From the NCBI RefSeq assembly GCF_054482525.1, contig NZ_CM137006.1: a DNA stretch of 64,000 nt. One strand, given 5' to 3'. Made by a program: the position numbers and the translations under genes. The stretch's first letter is position 1. Every line of letters begins with the position of its first letter. Under the pieces are notes generated by a model. The model was not told where the DNA came from. It was given only the letters and a program-made list of their open reading frames with translations, and made no database searches. This document shows, one piece after another, positions 9,692-24,452 of this stretch.

Positions 9692-10937
9692 CGCGCTGCA
9701 ACAGTGGCATCACTTGTTTGAAGCTGAAGGGACAAAACGCTCACCGCAAGCACAGCAGCATTTACAACAATTGCTGCGTACCGGACTGCCGACACGTAAA
9801 CATGAAAACTGGAAATATACGCCGCTGGAAGGGCTGACCAATAGCCAGTTTGTCAGCATTGCGGGAGAGATATCCCCACAGCAGCGTGATGCCTTAGCGT
9901 TAACGTTAGACGCCGTGCGGCTGGTGTTTGTCGATGGACGTTACGTGTCAGCACTGAGCGATGCAACTGAAGGCAGCGGATATGAAGTGAGCATTAACGA
10001 CGACCGTCAGGGGTTACCCGACGCTATTCAGGCGGAAGTGTTTCTGCATTTGACGGAAAGCCTGGCACAAAGCGTGACGCATATCGCCGTGAAGCGCGGT
10101 CAACGACCGGCAAAGCCATTGCTGTTAATGCATATCACCCAGGGCGTGGCAGGTGAAGAGGTCAACACTGCCCATTACCGACATCATCTGGATCTGGCGG
10201 AAGGTGCCGAAGCAACGGTGATCGAACATTTTGTCAGCCTTAATGATGCTCGTCACTTCACCGGCGCACGGTTCACTATCAACGTCGCAGCGAACGCCCA
10301 CTTGCAGCATATCAAGCTGGCGTTTGAAAACCCGCTCAGTCACCACTTTGCCCATAACGATTTGTTGCTGGCTGACGATGCCACCGCATTTAGCCACAGT
10401 TTCCTGCTGGGTGGCGCAGTGTTACGACACAACACCAGTACGCAACTCAATGGCGAAAACAGCATGTTGCGGATCAATAGCCTGGCGATGCCGGTGAAAA
10501 ACGAGGTGTGTGATACCCGTACCTGGCTGGAACACAATAAAGGTTTTTGTAACAGCCGACAGTTGCACAAAACTATCGTCAGCGACAAAGGCCGCGCGGT
10601 ATTTAACGGTTTGATCAACGTCGCGCAGCACGCCATCAAAACGGATGGTCAGATGACCAACAATAATCTGCTGATGGGCAAACTGGCGGAAGTGGATACG
10701 AAACCGCAGCTGGAAATCTATGCAGATGATGTGAAATGCAGCCACGGCGCGACGGTGGGGCGTATTGATGATGAACAGATGTTCTATCTGCGCTCGCGCG
10801 GGATCAATCAGCAGGATGCCCAGCAGATGATCATTTACGCCTTTGCTGCCGAATTGACGGAAGCACTGCGTGATGAGGGGCTTAAACAGCAGGTGCTGGC
10901 CCGAATCGGTCAACGGCTGCTAGGAGGTGCAAGATGA
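9666..10937 (+). CDS. sufD: Fe-S cluster assembly protein SufD, 423 aa
   Basis: 423-aa ORF overlapping the sufC 3' end; recognised as SufD. Confidence 0.95.
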   Translation: MAGLPNSSNALQQWHHLFEAEGTKRSPQAQQHLQQLLRTGLPTRKHENWKYTPLEGLTNSQFVSIAGEISPQQRDALALTLDAVRLVFVDGRYVSALSDATEGSGYEVSINDDRQGLPDAIQAEVFLHLTESLAQSVTHIAVKRGQRPAKPLLLMHITQGVAGEEVNTAHYRHHLDLAEGAEATVIEHFVSLNDARHFTGARFTINVAANAHLQHIKLAFENPLSHHFAHNDLLLADDATAFSHSFLLGGAVLRHNTSTQLNGENSMLRINSLAMPVKNEVCDTRTWLEHNKGFCNSRQLHKTIVSDKGRAVFNGLINVAQHAIKTDGQMTNNNLLMGKLAEVDTKPQLEIYADDVKCSHGATVGRIDDEQMFYLRSRGINQQDAQQMIIYAFAAELTEALRDEGLKQQVLARIGQRLLGGAR

Positions 10938-12154
10938 CTTTTTCCGTCGACAAAGTGCGGGCCGATTTTCCGGTGCTTTCTCGTGAGGTGAACGGTTTGC
11001 CGCTGGCTTATCTCGACAGCGCCGCCAGTGCGCAGAAACCAAGCCAGGTGATTGACGCCGAGGCTGAGTTTTATCGTCACGGCTACGCGGCGGTGCATCG
11101 CGGTATTCATACCTTAAGCGCCCAGGCGACCGAGAAAATGGAGAACGTGCGCAAGCGGGCATCGCTGTTTATTAATGCCCGTTCGGCGGAAGAGCTGGTG
11201 TTCGTCCGCGGCACGACGGAAGGGATCAATCTGGTCGCCAATAGTTGGGGCAACAGCAACGTGCGGGCGGGCGATAACATCATCATCAGTCAGATGGAGC
11301 ACCACGCTAACATTGTTCCCTGGCAGATGCTTTGCGCACGCGTTGGCGCAGAGCTGCGTGTGATCCCTCTCAACCCCGACGGTACGCTGCAACTGGAGAC
11401 GCTGCCTACGCTGTTTGATGAGAAAACTCGCCTGCTGGCAATTACCCATGTCTCCAACGTGCTTGGGACAGAAAATCCGCTGGTGGAGATGATCACGCTT
11501 GCGCATCAACATGGCGCAAAAGTACTGGTGGATGGCGCTCAGGCGGTGATGCATCATCCGGTGGATGTTCAGGCGCTGGATTGCGATTTTTACGTGTTCT
11601 CCGGGCATAAACTGTATGGCCCCACCGGGATTGGCATTCTTTATGTCAAAGAAGCCTTGCTACAGGAGATGCCGCCGTGGGAAGGGGGCGGTTCTATGAT
11701 CGCCACCGTCAGCCTGAGTGAAGGCACTACCTGGACCAAAGCACCGTGGCGGTTTGAAGCCGGCACACCCAATACCGGAGGCATCATTGGTCTTGGCGCG
11801 GCGCTGGAGTATGTGTCGGCGCTGGGGCTTAATAACATAGCCGAGTATGAACAGAATCTGATGCACTACGCGCTATCACAGCTGGAATCTGTACCGGATC
11901 TCACTCTCTATGGTCCCCAGAACAGACTTGGCGTTATTGCTTTTAATCTTGGTAAACACCACGCCTATGATGTTGGCAGTTTTCTCGATAATTACGGCAT
12001 TGCTGTGCGTACCGGACATCACTGCGCTATGCCATTAATGGCCTATTACAACGTTCCTGCCATGTGTCGGGCGTCGCTGGCTATGTATAACACCCATGAA
12101 GAAGTGGATCGTCTGGTGACCGGCCTGCAACGTATTCACCGTCTGCTGGGATAA
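10934..12154 (+). CDS. sufS: Cysteine desulfurase SufS (PLP-dependent), 406 aa
   Basis: 406-aa aminotransferase class V ORF; start overlaps the sufD stop by 4 nt. Confidence 0.95.
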   Translation: MTFSVDKVRADFPVLSREVNGLPLAYLDSAASAQKPSQVIDAEAEFYRHGYAAVHRGIHTLSAQATEKMENVRKRASLFINARSAEELVFVRGTTEGINLVANSWGNSNVRAGDNIIISQMEHHANIVPWQMLCARVGAELRVIPLNPDGTLQLETLPTLFDEKTRLLAITHVSNVLGTENPLVEMITLAHQHGAKVLVDGAQAVMHHPVDVQALDCDFYVFSGHKLYGPTGIGILYVKEALLQEMPPWEGGGSMIATVSLSEGTTWTKAPWRFEAGTPNTGGIIGLGAALEYVSALGLNNIAEYEQNLMHYALSQLESVPDLTLYGPQNRLGVIAFNLGKHHAYDVGSFLDNYGIAVRTGHHCAMPLMAYYNVPAMCRASLAMYNTHEEVDRLVTGLQRIHRLLG

Positions 12155-12166
12155 CAGGGAGGCACT

Positions 12167-12583
12167 ATGGCTTTATTGCCGGATAAAGAAAAATTGCTGC
12201 GTAATTTTTTACGCTGCGCCAACTGGGAAGAGAAATATCTCTACATTATTGAGCTGGGCCAGCGTCTGCCAGAATTACGCGACGAAGACCGAAGCCCACA
12301 AAATAGCATTCAGGGCTGCCAGAGTCAGGTGTGGATTGTCATGCGCCAGAATGCCCAGGGAATTATTGAATTGCAGGGCGACAGCGATGCGGCGATTGTG
12401 AAAGGGCTTATTGCGGTCGTCTTTATTCTCTATGATAAAATGACGCCGCAGGATATTGTCAATTTCGATGTGCGTCCGTGGTTTGAAAAAATGGCGCTGA
12501 CCCAACATCTCACCCCATCTCGTTCACAAGGTCTGGAAGCGATGATTCGCGCAATTCGCGCCAAAGCCGCTGCACTTAGCTAA
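12167..12583 (+). CDS. sufE: Sulfur acceptor protein SufE, 138 aa
   Basis: 138-aa ORF immediately after sufS; recognised as SufE. Confidence 0.95.
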   Translation: MALLPDKEKLLRNFLRCANWEEKYLYIIELGQRLPELRDEDRSPQNSIQGCQSQVWIVMRQNAQGIIELQGDSDAAIVKGLIAVVFILYDKMTPQDIVNFDVRPWFEKMALTQHLTPSRSQGLEAMIRAIRAKAAALS

Positions 12584-12731
12584 ACTAAAGGGACAGCTTT
12601 CATCCGGTTGGCTCACATTGCCGGATGGTCAATGTTTACACTGACCTGCACAGGAGTGTTTTGGTTTCAGGTGAACATAAGTACCATCCGACGTTTCAGC
12701 GTGAGTCTCCGGCAAATACAGGAGGTTTACA

Positions 12732-13736
12732 ATGAAACGCGCGTCTTTGCTTACACTCACGCTTATCGGCGCTTTCAGCGCCATCCAGGCTGCCTGGGCG
12801 GTTGATTATCCGCTACCTCCAACCGGAAGCCGACTGGTTGGGCAAAATCAAACGTATACGGTGCAAGAAGGGGATAAAAACCTTCAGGCCATCGCCCGAC
12901 GTTTTGATACTGCGGCAATGTTGATCCTTGAAGCCAATAACACTATCGCCCCGGTGCCAAAACCTGGTACGACGATAACTATTCCTTCGCAACTGTTATT
13001 ACCTGATGCGCCGCGTCAGGGGATTATCGTTAACCTGGCAGAGCTGCGCCTTTATTATTATCCGCCGGGAGAAAATATCGTGCAGGTCTATCCGATAGGT
13101 ATTGGTTTGCAGGGGCTGGAAACGCCAGTGATGGAAACGCGTGTGGGGCAGAAAATCCCTAACCCAACCTGGACGCCTACGGCGGGCATTCGTCAGCGTT
13201 CGCTGGAGCGTGGCATTAAATTACCGCCAGTCGTTCCTGCCGGGCCAAATAACCCACTAGGACGTTACGCACTGCGCCTCGCGCATGGTAATGGCGAATA
13301 CCTCATTCACGGCACCAGTGCGCCGGACAGCGTCGGTTTGCGCGTCAGTTCAGGGTGTATTCGCATGAATGCACCGGATATTAAAGCCTTATTCTCCAGC
13401 GTGCGGACGGGAACGCCGGTGAAAGTGATCAACGAACCTGTGAAATATTCCGTGGAGCCTAACGGGATGCGTTATGTTGAAGTACATCGACCACTATCGG
13501 CAGAAGAACAGCAGAACGTTCAGACAATGCCATACACACTGCCAGCAGGCTTTACGCAATTTAAAGACAATAAGGGTGTAGATCAGAAATTAGTCGATAA
13601 AGCGTTGTATCGTCGGGCAGGGTATCCGGTTGCGGTGAGCAGTGGAGCAACTCCCGCAGCCAGCAATGCGCCTTCAGTAGAGTCAGCGCAGAATGGTGAA
13701 CCAGAGCAAGGGAATATGTTACGCGCGACGCAGTAG
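12732..13736 (+). CDS. ldtE: L,D-transpeptidase LdtE (YnhG) with signal peptide and LysM/YkuD domains, 334 aa
   Basis: Signal peptide [23 protein letters not shown]; YkuD catalytic motif [20 protein letters not shown]. Confidence 0.9.
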   Translation: MKRASLLTLTLIGAFSAIQAAWAVDYPLPPTGSRLVGQNQTYTVQEGDKNLQAIARRFDTAAMLILEANNTIAPVPKPGTTITIPSQLLLPDAPRQGIIVNLAELRLYYYPPGENIVQVYPIGIGLQGLETPVMETRVGQKIPNPTWTPTAGIRQRSLERGIKLPPVVPAGPNNPLGRYALRLAHGNGEYLIHGTSAPDSVGLRVSSGCIRMNAPDIKALFSSVRTGTPVKVINEPVKYSVEPNGMRYVEVHRPLSAEEQQNVQTMPYTLPAGFTQFKDNKGVDQKLVDKALYRRAGYPVAVSSGATPAASNAPSVESAQNGEPEQGNMLRATQ

Positions 13737-13751
13737 CGGTAAATGGCAGGC

Positions 13752-13783
13752 AAAAAAAATGGCGCACAATGTGCGCCATTTTT
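13752..13783. terminator. Bidirectional intrinsic terminator between ldtE and lpp (A-run, ATGGCGCAC aat GTGCGCCAT, T-run)
   Basis: Perfect 9-bp stem flanked by A8 on one side and T5 on the other. Confidence 0.8.
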
Positions 13784-13799
13784 CACTTCACAGGTACTA

Positions 13800-14048
<249 letters not shown>

Positions 14049-14291
14049 CTAGATTGAGTTAATCTCCATGTAGCGTTACAAGTATTACACAAAGTTTTTT
14101 ATGTTGAGAATATTTTTTTGATGGGAAGGCACTTATTTTTGATCGTTCGCTCAAAGAAGCATCGAACGCTGGGTTTTAGATAAAAAAATTGAGAGAAAAC
14201 AGGATGCTTCCATCGGATTCATCTTAGATAAAGTGAGATTATATAGTGAAATCCGATTTGATTTTTTATTGCTTCTGGTTATCGATTAAAT

Positions 14292-14314
14292 AAAAAAAGC
14301 GCCCATCAGGGCGC
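14292..14314 (-). terminator. pykF intrinsic terminator (hairpin AGCGCCC-atca-GGGCGCT followed by U-run on the minus strand)
   Basis: Stem-loop 14298-14314 with A7 run on the plus strand at 14292-14298, about 35 nt downstream of the pykF stop. Confidence 0.75.
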
Positions 14315-14346
14315 TTCGATATACAAATTAATTCACAAAAGCAATA

Positions 14347-15759
14347 TTACAGGACGTGAACAGATGCGGTGTTAGTAGTGCCGCTCGGTACCAGTGCACC
14401 AGAAACCATAACTACAACGTCACCTTTGTGTGCCAGACCGCTCTGCAGAGCCAGTTCTTTACCCAGACGGTAGAAATCATCAGTAGAAGTGATCTCTTTA
14501 ACCAGCTGCGGCACAACGCCTTTGCTCAGTACCAACTGATGAGCCGTTTTTTCGTTGGTGGTCAGTGCCAGGATGGTGGCATCCGGGAAGTATTTACGTA
14601 CTGCGCGAGCAGATTTACCGCCCTGGGTAGCAACCACGATCAGCGGAGCATCCAGTTTTTCAGCAGTTTCAACGGCACCACGGCATACCGCTTCGGTAAT
14701 GCGCAGTTTACGGTTGTCATTGTTGAACTCGAGACGGCTGTTCATCACGCGGTCGGTACGTTCGCAGATGGTCGCCATGATAGAAACCGCTTCCAGCGGG
14801 TATTTACCTTTTGCGGATTCACCAGACAGCATCACTGCGTCAGTACCGTCGAGGATGGCGTTTGCAACGTCACCGGCTTCTGCGCGAGTCGGGCGTGGGT
14901 TTTTGATCATGGAATCCAACATCTGGGTCGCAGTGATAACGACTTTACGTGCACGGATACATTTTTCGATCATCATCTTCTGGGCGAAGATAACTTCTTC
15001 TACCGGGATTTCTACACCCAGGTCGCCACGCGCAACCATGATGCCGTCAGAGGCTTCGAGGATTTCGTCGAAGTTGTTGAGGCCTTCCTGGTTTTCGATT
15101 TTGGAGATGATGTGGATGTTTTCGCCGCCGTGCGCTTTCAGGTGCTCACGGATTTCGATAACGTCAGAACGCTTACGAATAAAGGAAGCAGCAACAAAGT
15201 CAACGCCTTGTTCGCAACCAAAGATCAGGTCCTGTTTGTCTTTTTCAGCCAGTGCTGGCAGGGCAATGGAAACGCCTGGCAGGTTCACACCTTTGTTTTC
15301 GCCCAGGTCGCCGTTGTTCAGCACTTTACAGATAACTTTGTTACCTTCAATGGCGGTAACTTCCATACCGATCAGACCATCGTCAACCAGTACGGTGTTG
15401 CCAACAGACAGGTCAGTAGTGAAACCTTCATACGTTACCGCAACCATTTCGCTGTTGCCGATAACAGATTTATCAGTGGTGAAAGTAAAGGTCTGACCCG
15501 CTTTCAGAGAAACGTCGTTACCGCCTTCCAGTTTCATGGTGCGGATTTCCGGACCTTTGGTATCAAGCAGGATAGCGGCGGTTTTACCAGTTTTGCTCAT
15601 CACGTTGCGCAGATTCTGAATGCGCTGACCGTGTTCTGCATAGTCACCATGAGAGAAGTTCAGACGCATAACGTTCATGCCAGCGTCCAGCATTTTAGCT
15701 AACATCTCTTCAGATTCGGTTTTCGGTCCGATGGTGCAAACAATTTTGGTCTTTTTCAT
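14347..15759 (-). CDS. pykF: Pyruvate kinase I (fructose-1,6-bisphosphate activated), 470 aa
   Basis: Start placed at the internal ATG giving [38 protein letters not shown]..., 470 aa; the ORF call over-extends by 72 codons. Confidence 0.95.
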
Positions 15760-16315
15760 GACAGTCTTAGTCTTTAAGTTGAGAAGGATGGGAGAAACTT
15801 GCTTTCTGGGCGCACTGCCGGAAAGCGAATCCGGTATTACGAAAGTGGTGGTGCCTCGCTCTAAGGATAGGTGACATCGAAAAAGCGTGCAGAGGAATGT
15901 GTGCTTGTGTCTCAGCCCAACGTGAGTGCCTGTTTTTGAGTCGTTGAGTTCTACAGTCCAAAGTGCTGAAACCATTCAAGAGTCAATTGGCGCGCATTAT
16001 ACGCTGAAATTAATCCAAAAGGAAAACAAAAACAGCGTTTCAAAAAATATACAACTTGTTAGACAATAAATTGTTATCAAAGATTTAACGTTCCAGGGAA
16101 AAGGTTACGCAAAAACTTCGCTGTTTGCGCAACGTCTGGTGCCGGGGTTGTCAGTGTGAGGATAAGTGAGAGTTCATCCGGTGTATAAATACATCATCGC
16201 TCAATTGCTACAGTGAAAATAATTTATCGCGTTATTTGTCTGATTTTGTTTGGTTTTTGTTTAATTGGTTAGATTGATATATGCTGATAGTTGGCATGAT
16301 AAATAGGTATAAAGA

Positions 16316-16525
16316 ATGGGAAACCGGACAAAAGAGGATGAACTGTACCGAGAAATGTGCAGAGTTGTCGGTAAAGTTGTGCTGGAAATGCGCGATCTGG
16401 GGCAGGAACCAAAGCATATTGTTATCGCAGGCGTATTACGTACAGCATTAGCCAATAAACGCATTCAGCGCAGTGAGCTGGAAAAGCAGGCGATGGAAAC
16501 CGTCATTAACGCACTGGTAAAATGA
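16316..16525 (+). CDS. fumD: Small fumarase-D-type protein FumD (YdhZ), 69 aa
   Basis: 69-aa ORF between pykF and ydhY, matching the K-12 YdhZ position and length. Confidence 0.75.
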   Translation: MGNRTKEDELYREMCRVVGKVVLEMRDLGQEPKHIVIAGVLRTALANKRIQRSELEKQAMETVINALVK

Positions 16526-16765
16526 CCATTCAGGATGAGGCGGTAAGCTTCATCCTGATATTCTTGCTTCAGTTGCGCTCCAGTTAATCACTCTAAATAA
16601 CAACTGCTGAAATTATACGAATTTCGGTATGTATTTTAATTTATAGCGATAATGTTATTTTTATTTTCTGCAATGAACGTCACAAATAATTGTCGCTTAA
16701 GTTAAATTTATTTCAAATGATAATAAATATCAGTTCACTTATAATTTCTTGCTTTGTGATTTTAA

Positions 16766-16779
16766 TTGATAACGATCAA
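16766..16779. promoter_or_regulatory. Perfect FNR consensus box TTGAT-aacg-ATCAA upstream of ydhY
   Basis: Exact match to TTGAT-N4-ATCAA about 200 bp upstream of the ydhY ATG; the ydhYVWXUT operon is reported as FNR-activated. Confidence 0.6.
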
Positions 16780-16980
16780 TGTTAAGGGCTCAGAATAATC
16801 ACATTATTTTTTCTCCTAACCATAAAGGATTAGTTTATCGGCGTTAAATCTTTTCTCATACACTATCGGGTTAGGGAAAATATCTGGTGTTGGGGACAGA
16901 GTCAGCAGCGTATTAGTTGAATGCTTAATATCAGGCTGCTGAATTGTCAGCACTGTGTTTGCGAAGAGGATGCGAAATAA

Positions 16981-19730
<2,750 letters not shown>

Positions 19731-19733
19731 GGA

Positions 19734-20381
19734 ATGGGTGAGATGAACCATCAGGATGAATTGCCGTTAGCGGAAGTCAGCGAAGTTGATGAGGCGAAGC
19801 GGCAATGGTTGCAGGGGATGCGTCACCCCGTTGATAAGGTAACCGAACCAGAACCTGCTGAAATCCTGGCAGAGTTCATTCGCCAGCATTCTGCGGCTGG
19901 GCAGCTGGTGGCGCGCGCCGTGTTTCTCTCGCCACCCTATTCGGTTGCAGAAGAGGAACTGTCAGTTTTGCTGGAAAACATTAAGCAGAACGGAGACTAC
20001 GCGGATATCGCGTGTATGACGGGAAGCCAGGATGATTACTATTACTCAACGCAGGCCATGAGTGAAAACTACGCGGCGATGTCTTTGCAAGTTGTGGAGC
20101 AGGACATTTGTCGCGCCATTGCACATGCCGTTCGTTTTGAGTGCCAGACGTATCCTCGTCCTTACAAAGTCGCCATGCTGATGCAAGCGCCATATTACTT
20201 CCAGGAAGCGCAGATTGAAGCCGCGATCGCCGCGATGGATGTTGCACCTGAATATGCCGATATACGGCAGGTGGAGTCATCGACGGCGGTGTTGTACTTG
20301 TTTAGCGAGCGATTTATGACCTATGGCAAGGCGTATGGCTTATGCGAATGGTTCGAGGTAGAGCAGTTTCAGAACCCCTGA
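19734..20381 (+). CDS. ydhW: Uncharacterized protein YdhW, 215 aa
   Basis: 215-aa ORF at the operon position of YdhW. Confidence 0.85.
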   Translation: MGEMNHQDELPLAEVSEVDEAKRQWLQGMRHPVDKVTEPEPAEILAEFIRQHSAAGQLVARAVFLSPPYSVAEEELSVLLENIKQNGDYADIACMTGSQDDYYYSTQAMSENYAAMSLQVVEQDICRAIAHAVRFECQTYPRPYKVAMLMQAPYYFQEAQIEAAIAAMDVAPEYADIRQVESSTAVLYLFSERFMTYGKAYGLCEWFEVEQFQNP

Positions 20382-20444
20382 AATTTCAGGGAGATGTCAT
20401 GGATAGGGTGGACAGTTGCAGCCACTGCATTAGGGGATAATCAG

Positions 20445-21113
20445 ATGTCCTTCACTCGACGCAAATTTGTTCTGGGGATGGGAACAGTAATCTTTTTTAC
20501 TGGTTCTGCGTCTTCTCTGTTAGCGAACACGAGGCAAGAAAAGAAAGTTCGGTATGCCATGATTCATGACGAGTCACGGTGCAATGGCTGTAATATTTGC
20601 GCCCGCGCATGCCGTAAAACCAATCACGTCCCCGCTCAGGGAAGCCGTTTATCGATAGCACACATTCCAGTCACCGATAACGACAACGAAACGCAGTATC
20701 ACTTTTTTCGCCAGTCATGTCAGCACTGCGAAGATGCTCCGTGCATCGACGTTTGTCCGACAGCGGCATCGTGGCGTGATGAGCAGGGGATCGTACGGGT
20801 AGAAAAATCGCAGTGCATCGGCTGCAGTTATTGCATTGGCGCTTGTCCTTACCAGGTTCGCTACCTTAACCCTGTCACTAAAGTGGCAGATAAATGTGAT
20901 TTCTGCGCTGAGTCCCGACTGGCAAAAGGCTTTCCGCCCATTTGCGTCAGCGCCTGCCCGGAACACGCCTTGATCTTTGGTCGCGAAGATAGCCCAGAAA
21001 TTCAGGCGTGGTTGCAGGAAAATAAATACTATCAATATCAGCTACCTGGTGCCGGGAAACCGCACCTGTATCGCCGGTTCGGTCAACATTTGATTAAAAA
21101 GGAAAATGTATGA
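20445..21113 (+). CDS. ydhX: Tat-exported 4Fe-4S ferredoxin-like protein YdhX, 222 aa
   Basis: Start placed at ATG 20445 (MSFTRRKFVLGMG, twin-arginine motif) with AGGGG RBS; four Cys clusters. Confidence 0.88.
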   Translation: MSFTRRKFVLGMGTVIFFTGSASSLLANTRQEKKVRYAMIHDESRCNGCNICARACRKTNHVPAQGSRLSIAHIPVTDNDNETQYHFFRQSCQHCEDAPCIDVCPTAASWRDEQGIVRVEKSQCIGCSYCIGACPYQVRYLNPVTKVADKCDFCAESRLAKGFPPICVSACPEHALIFGREDSPEIQAWLQENKYYQYQLPGAGKPHLYRRFGQHLIKKENV

Positions 21114-21895
21114 ACCCGTCGCAACATGCTGAACAGTTTCAGAGCCAGTTGGCGAACTATGTGCCACAGTTCACTCCCCAATTTTGGCCGGTGTGGTTGA
21201 TCATTGCCGGACTATTGCTGGTAGGGATGTGGTTGGTGCTGGGGCTGCATGCCTTGCTTCGTGCTCGTGGCGTGAAGAAATCAGCCACCGATCATGGTGA
21301 GAAGATTTATCTTTACAGCAAAGCGGTCAGATTATGGCACTGGTCGAATGCGTTACTCTTTGTATTGTTGCTGGCAAGTGGGCTGATAAATCACTTTGCG
21401 CTGGTGGGCGCAACTGCGGTTAAAAGTCTGGTTGCGGTGCATGAAGTTTGCGGATTTTTGTTACTGGCATGCTGGCTTGGCTTTGTTCTGATCAATGCCG
21501 TTGGGGGTAATGGTCACCACTATCGCATTCGTCGTCAGGGGTGGCTGGAGCGAGCGGCAAAACAAACGCGATTCTATTTGTTTGGCATTATGCAGGGGGA
21601 AGAACATCCTTTCCCGGCAACAACCCAGTCTAAATTTAATCCCTTACAGCAGGTTGCCTATCTTGGTGTCATGTATGGATTGCTGCCGTTGTTACTATTG
21701 ACGGGGCTGCTGTGTCTCTATCCGCAAGCCGTGGGAGATGTGTTTCCTGGCGTAAGATACTGGTTATTGCAGGCGCATTTTGCTCTGGCATTTATAAGCC
21801 TCTTTTTTATCTTCGGTCATCTTTATCTTTGCACCACGGGGCGTACGCCACACGAAACCTTTAAAAGCATGGTCGATGGCTATCACCGGCACTAA
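21110..21895 (+). CDS. ydhU: Cytochrome b-type membrane subunit YdhU (PhsC-like), 261 aa
   Basis: Polytopic membrane ORF overlapping the ydhX stop by 4 nt. Confidence 0.88.
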   Translation: MNPSQHAEQFQSQLANYVPQFTPQFWPVWLIIAGLLLVGMWLVLGLHALLRARGVKKSATDHGEKIYLYSKAVRLWHWSNALLFVLLLASGLINHFALVGATAVKSLVAVHEVCGFLLLACWLGFVLINAVGGNGHHYRIRRQGWLERAAKQTRFYLFGIMQGEEHPFPATTQSKFNPLQQVAYLGVMYGLLPLLLLTGLLCLYPQAVGDVFPGVRYWLLQAHFALAFISLFFIFGHLYLCTTGRTPHETFKSMVDGYHRH

Positions 21896-21898
21896 CGA

Positions 21899-22711
21899 AT
21901 GATCATTACACGAGCAGACCTGCGAGAATGGCGTATCGGAGCGGTGATGTATCGCTGGTTTCTGCGCCATTTCCCACGCGGCGGTAGTTATGCCGATATT
22001 CATCATGCACTGATTGAGGAAGGATATACGGACTGGGCGGAGAGTCTAGTTGAGTATGCGTGGAAAAAATGGCTGGCGGATGAAAACTTCGCGCATCAGG
22101 AAGTTTCTTCTATGCAAAAACTGGCCACAGATCCCGGAGAGAGACCATTTTGCAGTCAGTTTGCCCGCAGCGACGATCATGCTCGCATCGGCTGTTGTGA
22201 GGATAATGCCAGAATCGCAACTGCTGGGTATGCCGCGCAAATTGCCAGTATGGGTTATAGCGTGCGGATTGGAAGTGTCGGCTTTAACAGTCACATTGGC
22301 AGCTCCGGTGAACGCGCACGGGTTGCTGTAACCGGTAATTCTTCGCGGATAAGCAGCGCTGGAGATAGTAGTCGGATTGCGAATACCGGAATGCGAGTAC
22401 GCGTTTGTACATTGGGTGAACGGTGTCATGTCGCCAGTAATGGTGACCTGGTGCAAATCGCCAGCTTTGGCGCAAACGCCAGAATTGCCAACAGCGGCGA
22501 CAATGTACACATCATTGCCAGCGGTGAAGATTCAACAATAGTGAGCACGGGCGTGGTCGACTCAATTATTCTCGGGCCAGGGGGAAGCGCCGCACTGGCA
22601 TATCATGACGGCGAAAGAGTTCGCTTCGCCGTCGCCATTGAAGGTGAAAACAATATTCGAGCCGGAGTCCGCTATCGCCTTAATGAACAGCATCAGTTTG
22701 TTGAGTGCTGA
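21899..22711 (+). CDS. ydhT: Uncharacterized protein YdhT, 270 aa, with a central array of 9-residue repeats
   Basis: Last gene of the ydhYVWXUT operon; about 16 consecutive 9-aa units of pattern x-[RHQ]-[IV]-x-x-x-G-x-x read directly from the translation. Confidence 0.85.
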   Translation: MIITRADLREWRIGAVMYRWFLRHFPRGGSYADIHHALIEEGYTDWAESLVEYAWKKWLADENFAHQEVSSMQKLATDPGERPFCSQFARSDDHARIGCCEDNARIATAGYAAQIASMGYSVRIGSVGFNSHIGSSGERARVAVTGNSSRISSAGDSSRIANTGMRVRVCTLGERCHVASNGDLVQIASFGANARIANSGDNVHIIASGEDSTIVSTGVVDSIILGPGGSAALAYHDGERVRFAVAIEGENNIRAGVRYRLNEQHQFVEC

Positions 22712-22716
22712 TAGCT

Positions 22717-24327
22717 TTACATTTGATTAAACGAAAGACGCTGACGAGCACGGGATGCAGGCTTTACGACCGCCTGAGCCATCGCCTCACCAATTTCTGC
22801 ACATGCCGTAAGTCCCTGAACGAAAGGCTGGTCGTGCATTAACCAGGGCAACGCGCCGAACGCTACGCGCCCACGAATATCTTCGGGTTGCTGTAACGTA
22901 TAATCTTCGCCAACATCAGGGATTTCATCCCCTGTTTTCTGTAATTGTTCGCGTAGTCCAGGGAAAGGAATATCTTTCACTTTAAGCGGACGCTGCCCAC
23001 GGGCATCAATAAAAACGTCAAACGAGTAGCTGTTGTCTTCCGTTTTCAGGACGGTGCGCGACTCATTAATTTCCATTTCGTAGTCTTCACCGAGGGCGAG
23101 AATATGAATGATTCCCGCTTCACGTAAGGCCAGCAGCCGACGAATAGACTCTGAAGGGATTGCTGCATAATTATCTATGAAAACTCGGGCAAGGCCTTTA
23201 CTGAACCGTTTATGGTCGTGTTCATTCAGATGAGGAACAATTTCCTGTACGGCTTCATGCAGGCGCAGAATGACATAACGCCAGGGAACAGTATGTTTTT
23301 CTCGTTTATTGCGTTCGACTTCCTGGAGATTTTTTTCTGCCCAGTCAAATGGGTCGCGTTGTTTGCGCTCGGCAAACCAGGCTTGAGCAAAGGAATCAAC
23401 ATTCAGGCTCTCTAAGGCTATGCGTTGGCTCCAGTCTGGATCAGCAAACTTGATTTCCTCTACTATCAATCTAAATACCCGATCCAAAAGGCCCTCTTCG
23501 CCTTTTTGAATCTCAGCATTTAATGCCTGATCAGTGACGATGTGTAAGGGCTCGTAGGGAATAGGGCAATAGAAATCGGCTTCGGGTAAAATACCCGTGC
23601 GCGACATTAACGTAATATTTAGCTTTTCACTTGCGTTATCGCGGTGAAAAACGACGTGTTGTTTATCATCTTCAATGAACGAACCATGCTGAATAGCCAC
23701 TGCCATTGCCGCATCCAGTCCGCTCAAGGATGTTCCCATAATACCCACGTTACACGCATCGACCTTTGCTTCCATCAGGCCTGACCACGGGCTGGGAAAA
23801 TACGTTCTGGTTGCTTCTTCTTCATCAGGCCAGACGTGACCCGTCGCGATCACTGCTAAATCAAACGTCTCGCTGGGTAAATCCTGATTTGTAGCGAGCA
23901 TGACGCCAGCATTTATAATTTGCAGATCGGTAACCTGGCATGATTCATAAACAGCCACTGCAAATTTTTGCTGTCGTGCCTGGTCTACTAATCGTAAAAA
24001 TTGATCGCGGAAATATTCGCCCAGCAGAATTCGCGGTAAAAACTGACGATCGTGCAAGGTTTCTTTTTTAACGCCATAACGCTGGAGATGGCTGGCTTCT
24101 TGCTTTTGTAGCCATTCGAGATACGTACAATAAATCGGCGGTATTTCAATACTGGCAATATTTGCCAGCATCAGTTTTGAGTTTTCCTCATCACTGTATG
24201 GCATCCCGACACCGGCTTCATCAGCCTGCTCGAAGATAGAAATAGAAAGTGGAGTTTGTTGCTGTAGAAGCGAGAATAAGGTGTAGATCCCCGTAGGCCC
24301 GGCACCCACAATAGCAATTTTTTTCAT
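22717..24327 (-). CDS. ydhS: FAD/NAD(P)-binding protein YdhS, 536 aa
   Basis: N-terminal Rossmann motif IAIVGAGPTG; position convergent with ydhT. Confidence 0.88.
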   Translation of the reverse strand: MKKIAIVGAGPTGIYTLFSLLQQQTPLSISIFEQADEAGVGMPYSDEENSKLMLANIASIEIPPIYCTYLEWLQKQEASHLQRYGVKKETLHDRQFLPRILLGEYFRDQFLRLVDQARQQKFAVAVYESCQVTDLQIINAGVMLATNQDLPSETFDLAVIATGHVWPDEEEATRTYFPSPWSGLMEAKVDACNVGIMGTSLSGLDAAMAVAIQHGSFIEDDKQHVVFHRDNASEKLNITLMSRTGILPEADFYCPIPYEPLHIVTDQALNAEIQKGEEGLLDRVFRLIVEEIKFADPDWSQRIALESLNVDSFAQAWFAERKQRDPFDWAEKNLQEVERNKREKHTVPWRYVILRLHEAVQEIVPHLNEHDHKRFSKGLARVFIDNYAAIPSESIRRLLALREAGIIHILALGEDYEMEINESRTVLKTEDNSYSFDVFIDARGQRPLKVKDIPFPGLREQLQKTGDEIPDVGEDYTLQQPEDIRGRVAFGALPWLMHDQPFVQGLTACAEIGEAMAQAVVKPASRARQRLSFNQM

Positions 24328-24452
24328 TGTTACTTACCTGTACGCATTCTTTCGAATTTAGTGTTATCAGATAAGTTTGGTTGAGATTTTTAGAATTTGA
24401 GAAATTTCAGACAGGGATGAAAAGGGCGCTAACCGCCCTTGATTAAATTCTG

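Noticed and set aside
12584-12731. Inverted repeat CATCCGG...CCGGATG between sufE and ldtE as a REP element or terminator
   Set aside because: The stem is only 7 bp with a 15-nt loop and no U-tract. It could be a weak structure, but it is too poorly supported to annotate.
14356-15702. 448-aa and 313-aa plus-strand ORFs antisense to pykF
   Set aside because: They lie entirely within the pykF coding region on the opposite strand, have odd composition (F/V/T-rich) and no RBS context. Shadow ORFs like these are typical opposite highly expressed, codon-biased genes.
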